From a virus (lineage: Duplodnaviria; Caudoviricetes), in the IMG/VR virus record IMGVR_UViG_3300022741_000087, positions 1-37,060 of that record: DNA of 37,060 nt; one strand, 5' to 3'. Made by a program: the position numbers and the translations under genes. The notes beneath the pieces were generated by a model, which made no database searches, had not been told where the DNA came from, and saw only the letters and a list, made by a program, of their open reading frames with translations. This document shows positions 1-6,760 of the stretch, piece after piece (the first letter of the stretch is position 1; the number at the start of each line of letters is the position of its first letter).

Positions 1-1278
1 TCAAACCGAATAAACCCTCCAAAGCTGATCAATCCTAGTAGTAAAAGACTGACTCATCATTTCTCGCCGCATCGCCCATTCGGGGGTACGGGGGACAGAG
101 GCAGTACGCATCGTTCCCCGACCATATCGGCCATTGACCAGGTCCAACACCGCCATGAGCCGCTCGCAAGCCTCCGGCTGCGTCACCGCGAACAGGTCAT
201 CTGTGAATTCGCCAGGCTGCCGCAGATCCATCAGCAGCACCTCAGCCTTGCTGTACCGAAACCCTGAGCGGTAAACCCGCTCCACCGCCTCGGTAGCTGC
301 CTTGGTGAGCAGCAGTGTGTCATTGGTGGGATACGGCAGCTCGACCAACGCACCGTTGGCATACCTCGCCTCATCAGAGTTGAACATGCCGGTGCGAATG
401 CTCACCCGCATGCGCTTGCACACCGAGCCTTGGGCTCGCAGCTTCTCCGCTGCCCGAGCAGCATAGGCGGCCACCGCCTGCTTGATAGGCGTCAGCTCGA
501 CCAGGCGCCGGCCGAACATCCGGCTGCAGCAGATCTCTTGCTTGGGCGGATCTGGGTCCTCCAGCTCCAGGCAGGACGTGCCGGCGAGCTCTCTGGCCGT
601 CTTCTCCACCACCACGCTGAACCTGTCGCGCAACATACGTGGGTCAGCCTTCGCCAAGTCCATCGCCGTCCGGATGCTCATTGCCTCCAGGTGCGCGTTC
701 ATCCGCCGGCCAATGCCCCAAACCTCCTTCACTGCGGTATTGCGCAATACCCAGTCACGCTTGAAGTCATCGCAAATGTCCACCACGCCGCCAGTCTGCG
801 CCTGCAGGCGCTTGGCGGTGTGGTTGGCCAGCTTCGCCAGGGTCTTGGTCCGAGCGATCCCCACACCAACCGGGATGCCTGTGCACCGCAATACCCGGGC
901 ACGAACGTCACGGCCGAGCTGGGTGCGGTCGCCCGGGATCCCGGTGAGATCCGCAAAGCACTCGTCGATCGAGTAGACCTCGGACGCCGGGACCATCGAC
1001 TCGATCAGGGTCATCACCCGCTCGCTCATGTCGCCGTACAGCGCGTAGTTCGACGAGAAGGCGACGATGCCGTGCCGCCTCAACTTCTCCTTGGCCTGGA
1101 AGTAAGGCTCACCCATCTTGACGAAGGGCTTTGCGTCGTACGATCGAGCAATGACACAGCCGTCATTGTTGCTCAGCACCACGATGGGGGTCTTCGCCAG
1201 GTCGGGACGAAACACGCGCTCACAGCTCGCATAGAACGAGTTGCAGTCGATCAGGGCGAACACCTGGTCATTGGGCAT
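1..1278 (-). CDS. umuC: Y-family DNA polymerase V catalytic subunit (UmuC/RulB)
   Basis: LIDCNSFYASCE, VVLSNNDGC, SSNYALY, YSIDE motifs; C-terminal WAMRREMMS; ATG at 1278 overlaps the umuD 3' end. Confidence 0.95.
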   Translation of the reverse strand: MPNDQVFALIDCNSFYASCERVFRPDLAKTPIVVLSNNDGCVIARSYDAKPFVKMGEPYFQAKEKLRRHGIVAFSSNYALYGDMSERVMTLIESMVPASEVYSIDECFADLTGIPGDRTQLGRDVRARVLRCTGIPVGVGIARTKTLAKLANHTAKRLQAQTGGVVDICDDFKRDWVLRNTAVKEVWGIGRRMNAHLEAMSIRTAMDLAKADPRMLRDRFSVVVEKTARELAGTSCLELEDPDPPKQEICCSRMFGRRLVELTPIKQAVAAYAARAAEKLRAQGSVCKRMRVSIRTGMFNSDEARYANGALVELPYPTNDTLLLTKAATEAVERVYRSGFRYSKAEVLLMDLRQPGEFTDDLFAVTQPEACERLMAVLDLVNGRYGRGTMRTASVPRTPEWAMRREMMSQSFTTRIDQLWRVYSV

Positions 1279-1696
1279 GATCACGCACGCTGTAGCGAAC
1301 CACGCCCCAGATCACCAGCTCGTCGCCCTCCAGGATGTGCCGGGGCGGGTAAGCGGGGTTTTCGGACTGGAGGATCACTACGCCGTTGCGACGGTGCAGC
1401 CGCTTGCATACAGGCTCCGAGTTGACGGCCGCGATCACGATATCGCCGTGCTCGGCTTCGTTGCTGCGGTCTACGATCAGAAGATCACCTGAGTAGATTC
1501 CGGCTCCCTGCATGCTGTCACCTTCTACCTGCACCAGGTACACATGAGGCGCACGGAGGTCGAACAGCTCGTCGAGTGAGATATGCCGCTCGAGGTGATC
1601 CGCCGCCGGCGACGGAAAGCCGGCCGGCACGCGGAAGGAGTAAACCGGGAGCAATGTTGGTCCACCGGTCGGCGTTCCAAAAAAAGTGATGGTCAT
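1268..1696 (-). CDS. umuD: Pol V accessory subunit UmuD/RulA, S24 autoprotease
   Basis: PAGFPSPA cleavage motif, GDSM catalytic Ser, CKRL catalytic Lys; start placed at ATG 1696 downstream of the SOS box. Confidence 0.93.
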   Translation of the reverse strand: MTITFFGTPTGGPTLLPVYSFRVPAGFPSPAADHLERHISLDELFDLRAPHVYLVQVEGDSMQGAGIYSGDLLIVDRSNEAEHGDIVIAAVNSEPVCKRLHRRNGVVILQSENPAYPPRHILEGDELVIWGVVRYSVRDHAQ

Positions 1697-1717
1697 GGCG
1701 AAGCGTCCCACAGCAGA

Positions 1718-1733
1718 CTGTATATTCATACAG
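1718..1733. promoter_or_regulatory. LexA (SOS) box
   Basis: CTG-TATATTCATA-CAG matches CTG-N10-CAG with AT-rich spacer; lies between divergent umuD and SRAP. Confidence 0.9.
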
Positions 1734-1802
1734 TTAACTGTCAGATGCTTCCTACGTCAATGGATGGTCGCAAAGCAACCGACAAACGAGCGGAGGTGAT
1801 TT

Positions 1803-2501
1803 ATGTGCGGGAGGTACTCGATCTACGACGACATGGACACCTACCTGCGGCAGCTGTCCTTGAACCTGGTCGTGATCAACGGCTATGACCACAAGCGGAT
1901 CAACCGCTACAACGTCGCGCCATCGACCCGCGTGGAGCTGATCCGCCCTGTCGCGGGAGGCATAAGCGTCGATCGAGTGAAATGGGGATGGTCGCCATTC
2001 TGGGCGAAGGGGAAGCGTCCCGACCCGATTAATGCGCGGGCCGAGACGGTGATGACGGGGAAATTTTTCAAATCGCTCTGGCCGGCAGGCCGAGCAGTGG
2101 CGCCGGCGAACGGATGGTTCGAGTGGATACCCGACCCGGCCGATGCAAAGCGCAAGCAGCCCTACTACATCTCTGCCGGCGATGATCAGCCGCTGTTCTT
2201 TGCAGCGCTTGCAGAAGTCCACCCAGGCCTGGAGGTCAACGAGCGCGATGGCTTTGTGATCATCACTGCCGCCGCTGACGAAGGGCTCGTCGACATTCAT
2301 GACCGAAAGCCCTTGGTACTGACATCCGCCCTGGCCCGCGAGTGGCTCGACCCGGACACTCCAACTACCCGGGCAGCGGAGATAGTCCGAAACGGATGCC
2401 GACCCGCAACCGACTTCAAGTGGCAATCAGTCAGCAAGGACGTTGGTAATGTTCGCAACCAAGGACAACAGCTGATTCAACCTCTAGAACAGCTGACCTA
2501 A
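1803..2501 (+). CDS. SOS response-associated peptidase (SRAP; YedK/HMCES family) abasic-site protecting protein
   Basis: N-terminal MCGR, RYNVAP, INARAET, GWFEW, IHDRKP, VGNVRN motifs; GGAGG RBS. Confidence 0.92.
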   Translation: MCGRYSIYDDMDTYLRQLSLNLVVINGYDHKRINRYNVAPSTRVELIRPVAGGISVDRVKWGWSPFWAKGKRPDPINARAETVMTGKFFKSLWPAGRAVAPANGWFEWIPDPADAKRKQPYYISAGDDQPLFFAALAEVHPGLEVNERDGFVIITAAADEGLVDIHDRKPLVLTSALAREWLDPDTPTTRAAEIVRNGCRPATDFKWQSVSKDVGNVRNQGQQLIQPLEQLT

Positions 2502-3278
2502 CTGCGAGGGGCTCCAGTTTAAGATCACCAGCTCCCCGGTGACTTCGGCCTTTCCCTGCCGCTGGTTCGTGTTGGTATAGCGGATATCGAGGCTCTCGAA
2601 GTGGAAGCCCTCGAAGGCCCGCCGGATGTCCGGGCGATCATTGATACTGACCATGACCTTGCCCTTGCATCGGCGCATGAAGTCCGCCATCCGCTCGTAC
2701 TCGGAGAACGGAAAGTCCACTCCGTACCCTGCCGTCTGCCAGTACGGCGGGTCCATGTAGTGGAACGTGTGAGACCGGTCGTAGCGCTCGGCACACTCCA
2801 GCCAGGACAGGTTCTCGACGTATGTACCTGACAGTCGCTGCCAGGCCGCCGAGAGGTTCTCCTCGATCCGCAACAGGTTGATCGCGGGGCCGGTTGTCGC
2901 GGTACCGAAGGCTTGTCCCGTGATCTTGCCGGCGAAGGCGTGGTGCTGCAGGTAGAAGAACCGCGCCGCGCGCTGGATATCCGTCAACGTTTCGGGGCGG
3001 GTCATCTTCTGCCACTCGAACACCTGGCGCGAACTGAGCGCCCATTTGAACTGGCGGACGAACTCCTCCAGATGGTTCTGCACCACCCGGTACAGACAGA
3101 CCAGGTCGCCGTTGATGTCGTTGAGGACCTCAACCGGAGCTGGTTGCGGCCGCATGAAAAACAGCGCAGCACCGCCGGCGAAGACCTCGACGTAGCATTC
3201 GTGCGGGGGAAATAGGGGGATAAGGCGATCGGCTAGGCGGCGCTTGCCACCCATCCAAGGAATGATTGGGGATGTCAT
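2484..3278 (-). CDS. D12-class N6-adenine DNA methyltransferase (Dam-like; specificity unknown)
   Basis: PWMGGK, VEVFAGGA (motif I), LNDIN, DPPY (motif IV). Confidence 0.92.
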   Translation of the reverse strand: MTSPIIPWMGGKRRLADRLIPLFPPHECYVEVFAGGAALFFMRPQPAPVEVLNDINGDLVCLYRVVQNHLEEFVRQFKWALSSRQVFEWQKMTRPETLTDIQRAARFFYLQHHAFAGKITGQAFGTATTGPAINLLRIEENLSAAWQRLSGTYVENLSWLECAERYDRSHTFHYMDPPYWQTAGYGVDFPFSEYERMADFMRRCKGKVMVSINDRPDIRRAFEGFHFESLDIRYTNTNQRQGKAEVTGELVILNWSPSQLGQLF

Positions 3279-3316
3279 CGATTAGCAAGTCTTTTCGGTA
3301 GGTATTAGCAAATGGT

Positions 3317-3428
3317 AGGCTCGCTGCGCTTTGTGCACAGAGCAGGAGCCTCGGCTGGACTTGCAGGAATGGTCTGCGGGTTCGGCGAGCCTGGTGGATG
3401 TTGACGCACCCACCAGGCTCGCTCCTTT
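3317..3428. other. Structured non-coding leader / candidate antisense RNA upstream of the methyltransferase
   Basis: 13-bp perfect inverted repeat GCGAGCCTGGTGG...CCACCAGGCTCGC (3385-3422) plus AGGCTC/GAGCCT and GCAG/CTGC stems; strand unresolved. Confidence 0.4.
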
Positions 3429-3432
3429 CACT

Positions 3433-3951
3433 TCACTGTGCGATCCCTCGCACATAGGCCTGACAGGCCTTCAGCGCGATCAATCCTCGATCGCCGTCGT
3501 CGGTGATGCCGACAATTCGTTGAGCATGCGCTGGGTCAAGTTGGGCTCGACCGGCTGCATGTACCACGCCTCCGGTGCCGGCGGCGGCTGGCACCCCACC
3601 GCCACCAACTGCGGCTGCAGGGGTAGCGAGGAGGACTGACAGCCGCAGATCAGCAGTAGCGAGACGGTCGCGCAGGCGAGCCTGGATTTGTTGAGCATTG
3701 ATCAGCTCCTGGTAGTGGGTTTCATTGGTCGTCTGCAGACGCGCCTCCAGCGCCTGGCGCTTGGCCTGCTCGTTGTTGTTCCAGTCGATCACCGCCAGCG
3801 CGGCAGCCTCCCGCTCGCGCTGGAAGTCGCCGGCCAGCTCCGCCAGTTGCCGACCATAGGCGTTAGCCTGCCACTGCCAGGCCCCGCCGCCACCAAGGCC
3901 GAGCCCGAGCAGCAGCGCGACAGCCGGCAGGTGCCAGCCCAGCAGGCTCAC
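3433..3951 (-). CDS. Rz: i-spanin (Rz-like)
   Basis: N-terminal TM segment, coiled-coil periplasmic part, follows endolysin with GTGA overlap, contains nested lipoprotein gene. Confidence 0.9.
   Translation of the reverse strand: MSLLGWHLPAVALLLGLGLGGGGAWQWQANAYGRQLAELAGDFQREREAAALAVIDWNNNEQAKRQALEARLQTTNETHYQELINAQQIQARLRDRLATADLRLSVLLATPAAAVGGGGVPAAAGTGGVVHAAGRAQLDPAHAQRIVGITDDGDRGLIALKACQAYVRGIAQ
3480..3698 (-). CDS. Rz1: o-spanin lipoprotein nested in Rz
   Basis: Signal peptide ending in lipobox-like LICGC, Pro-rich mature part (CQPPPAPEAW), embedded in another frame of Rz. Confidence 0.82.
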   Translation of the reverse strand: MLNKSRLACATVSLLLICGCQSSSLPLQPQLVAVGCQPPPAPEAWYMQPVEPNLTQRMLNELSASPTTAIED

Positions 3952-4586
3952 TGCAGCACCTCCAGCGCCCGCTCATACAGCGCCTGGCGTTCCTTCAGAC
4001 CGTTGGCGCCACCGTTGACGACCTTGGTGATCTGCCGCAGGTCGCCCTTGTCTGCCAAGCTGTTGAGTCCATTGGTCTGCCAGAACCACGCAGCTGACAT
4101 CGATGCGTAGACGGGATGCTCGAGGAGCTCCGGCGTGTTGAGCAAGCGACCGTCGCAGAACAGGGCTTCGCTGCACGCGTTGTAGTTCAGCCTGCCGGTG
4201 AGCTGGATCAGCCCGCGGCCATGGAATCGCCAGCCGTCGCCGGACGCCTCGGGCTTGTTGCCCATCCGGCCGCCGTACACGGCGTTGGCCAGCTTCTCGG
4301 GCTGGCCAGCCAACTCAGCAGCGCGCGGCACCAGGGCACGCCATCGGCTGTCAGGCGGCGACGCCAGCCCAAGCTCGCGGATGCGGTCAGCGCGATAGTT
4401 CAGGCTTTCCTTGAGATAGCGCAGGTGGCCCGACTCATGACCCACCTGAGCCAGGAATGCGGCCATGCGCGGTGGAGTCACGATCCCGTATTTACCCATC
4501 GCCGCGTTGAGCGCTGGAACAAAAACGCCGGCTTGCGAGCCGGCGTTGGGAAGAATGCGCAGCAGCTGCTGCTCGTTGATGGGCAT
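3948..4586 (-). CDS. Endolysin, glycoside hydrolase family 19
   Basis: AAFLAQVGHESG, GRGLIQLTG, SAAWFW, VNGGANG motifs; AGGAG RBS before ATG 4586. Confidence 0.93.
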   Translation of the reverse strand: MPINEQQLLRILPNAGSQAGVFVPALNAAMGKYGIVTPPRMAAFLAQVGHESGHLRYLKESLNYRADRIRELGLASPPDSRWRALVPRAAELAGQPEKLANAVYGGRMGNKPEASGDGWRFHGRGLIQLTGRLNYNACSEALFCDGRLLNTPELLEHPVYASMSAAWFWQTNGLNSLADKGDLRQITKVVNGGANGLKERQALYERALEVLQ

Positions 4587-4609
4587 TGTGTCGTTCTCCT
4601 GTATGGCCG

Positions 4610-5665
4610 TCAGGCCGTGGGTGACAGATCGATTGTCTTGAGGGGTTTGGTTTCTTTCTTCTTCTTGCCTTTGGCCTTTGCCTTGCCCTTCTTGCCGCCG
4701 TTGCATTCGACCGAGGTCGTCCAGCCTGCGCTGGTGAAGGTCTGCTCGACGCTGTCAACCAGGTACTCGCCGTCGAGTCCGACCTTGAAGCCCTGGGCAA
4801 CGATCATGCGTTCGGCGAACAGGTCGGTACGACCGGCCATCTCCAACCGCACACCGGCAGTGCTGCGGTTGAACGCAGCCAAGCGCGCCTTGGCGGCCTG
4901 CTCGGCGGCGGATTTGTTCGGATGGATATGGCGGTCGGTGTGCACCGGCGGCAACGTCGAGGGCGCATCGTCGTTGGTGACATCGATGACCTTCAGTTCC
5001 CCGGTCTTCTTGTCCTGGTGCTTGGCCTGCACCGCCTTGTGGGTGGTCTTGTCGCCCAAGGTGAACTGGTAGCGACTGACATCCTGCCGGCTAATGGTGA
5101 TCGCCGGCAGCGTCTTGCCGCTTGCGCTCTGGCCACCCTGACGGGGCATGACCAGCAGTTTGCCGTCGGCCACCTTCGCAGTGCAGTCGTACTGCTTAGC
5201 GAGCCGGGTGATGAAGTTGAAGTCCGATTCGTTGAGCTGGTCGACCCGCGGCACCTTGGTCTTGACCTGACAGACAGGCTCCCAGCCATTGCGCTTGGCG
5301 ATGTCGCGCACGATCTGCTGCAGGGCGACGCCCTCCCAGCTGCCGCTGCGCGTGGTCTTGCCGGTACCGCGCATGTCGCTGGCCTTGCCGCGGATCACCA
5401 GGGTATCCGGCGGACCACTCAGCTCGATCTCGTCGACCGTGTACCGGCCCAGCTTAGCAAGCGGTCTGCCGGCGTAGCCCATGAACACCTCGACCTTGGC
5501 GCCGCGGGCGGGCAGCGACACCGCTCGATCGCGGTCATCGATACGCAGCTCGAACTCGTCGGACTCCAGCCCGGGCTTGTCGGACGTGCGCAACATCAAC
5601 AGCCGGTCGTTGATCAGGGCGGTGATATCGCGGTTGTCCGCGACGATGCGAAACACGGGTTGCAT
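4610..5665 (-). CDS. Late control / baseplate hub protein, P2 gpD family
   Basis: SDEFELRIDD, DQLNESDFNFITRLA motifs; position after gpX; GGAGG RBS. Confidence 0.88.
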   Translation of the reverse strand: MQPVFRIVADNRDITALINDRLLMLRTSDKPGLESDEFELRIDDRDRAVSLPARGAKVEVFMGYAGRPLAKLGRYTVDEIELSGPPDTLVIRGKASDMRGTGKTTRSGSWEGVALQQIVRDIAKRNGWEPVCQVKTKVPRVDQLNESDFNFITRLAKQYDCTAKVADGKLLVMPRQGGQSASGKTLPAITISRQDVSRYQFTLGDKTTHKAVQAKHQDKKTGELKVIDVTNDDAPSTLPPVHTDRHIHPNKSAAEQAAKARLAAFNRSTAGVRLEMAGRTDLFAERMIVAQGFKVGLDGEYLVDSVEQTFTSAGWTTSVECNGGKKGKAKAKGKKKKETKPLKTIDLSPTA

Positions 5666-5679
5666 CAATCATCCTCCAG

Positions 5680-5707
5680 AAAAAGAAAACCCCGCACGTA
5701 ACGGGGT
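5680..5707 (-). terminator. Intrinsic terminator-like hairpin between gpX and gpD
   Basis: ACCCCG-ttacgtg-CGGGGT followed by TTTCTTTTT on the minus strand. Confidence 0.6.
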
Positions 5708-5725
5708 CGGTGGCAGGTCGTGCGG

Positions 5726-5932
5726 TCAGTCCCACAGCTGCACCGTTGCGTCTTCCGGTACCGCCAGATCAGGCAGCACGATCAGCACGCCGGCACGGTA
5801 CGGCTGCGGCTCCTCGGCCAGTCCCTGGTTGGCATCCAGTACGGCTTCGACGGCGCCGTTCAGGTGGCCGTAATAGTGCTGGCAGAGGGTGTCCAGCAGA
5901 TCCCCGTCAGACGTTCTGCATGTCGTCGCCAT
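5726..5932 (-). CDS. Tail protein X (LysM-like), P2 gpX family
   Basis: GDLLDTLC..YYG, VLDANQGLA, VQLWD C-terminus. Confidence 0.9.
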   Translation of the reverse strand: MATTCRTSDGDLLDTLCQHYYGHLNGAVEAVLDANQGLAEEPQPYRAGVLIVLPDLAVPEDATVQLWD

Positions 5933-6752
5933 AGCTCACGAACTCCAGGCTGAAGGACTGTTTACGAGGGATCCCGCCGGCGAGCAGGCTGCTCTGCTCC
6001 TCCTCGACGCTGAGCAGGCACCAGTTGCCGAGCACCTCGCCGTAGCCGGTGACCAGGCTCAGCGGCCGCAGGGCGCGGCCAATACTGCGAAGAGTCTCCA
6101 ACTGCTTGAGCCCCACCTTTGCGCCGGGGTAGATCACCCCCTTGAGCGAGATCTTGTCCTCGCCCTGGCCAACGGCCTGTTGCGCGATCGAGCGCGACAG
6201 CCGTTCCTGGCCAGCCCAGCGGAACGCCGTCTGCCGGCGGAGCTCGTCGAACGCTGCGGTGTCGAGGTTGAAGTAGTACGGCTGGGCATTCGGCTCCAGC
6301 GACTGGATGATCAGCAGGTGCGGGAACGGCTTCACGGCCTCTGCGGCCGGGGTTTGCTGCGGTGCGAACGCCCCGGTCGAGACGATGTTGCCCAGCGACG
6401 GGCTGACTTTGCCGGCGACCTGGTTGATCGCAGCACCGGCTTTCGCAGCTTGCTCCTGCAGCGTTCCCAGACGCTCATGCACCTGAGCGGCCGCGGTGGT
6501 GGCCTGGCCGTAGATCGCCGCAGCACGGCCCACAGTCTCCTGCGCGGCGTTGATTCCTCGCATCGTCCGCTGCAGCTTCTCGCCGATGGCCGGGCCGAGG
6601 AACGGGATGTTCTCCAGCTCGGAGGCTGCACCGGTGATATCGCTGATTGCCCCATTCACGGGACCGAGCATGTCGTCCGCGCTGCGTCGACCGGCCTCTC
6701 CCGCTGCGACCAGGTACTTCAACCCGGACTGCAGTTGTTCCATGTAGGCCAT
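5907..6752 (-). CDS. Tail protein, P2 gpU family with N-terminal helical extension
   Basis: C-terminal RW..QER, GEDKISLKGVIYP, G.V.GNW, FSLEF motifs; between tape measure and gpX. Confidence 0.82.
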   Translation of the reverse strand: MAYMEQLQSGLKYLVAAGEAGRRSADDMLGPVNGAISDITGAASELENIPFLGPAIGEKLQRTMRGINAAQETVGRAAAIYGQATTAAAQVHERLGTLQEQAAKAGAAINQVAGKVSPSLGNIVSTGAFAPQQTPAAEAVKPFPHLLIIQSLEPNAQPYYFNLDTAAFDELRRQTAFRWAGQERLSRSIAQQAVGQGEDKISLKGVIYPGAKVGLKQLETLRSIGRALRPLSLVTGYGEVLGNWCLLSVEEEQSSLLAGGIPRKQSFSLEFVSYGDDMQNV

Positions 6753-6760
6753 GACCCCTC

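Noticed and set aside
2484-2504. Sliding-clamp motif at the methyltransferase C-terminus (QLGQLF)
   Set aside because: Spacing does not fit QL[S/D]LF and the segment is constrained by overlap with the SRAP stop
3279-3432. Com-type zinc-finger activator gene or LexA box upstream of the methyltransferase
   Set aside because: No suitable ATG-started CxxC ORF on the minus strand and no CTG-N10-CAG near the start codon
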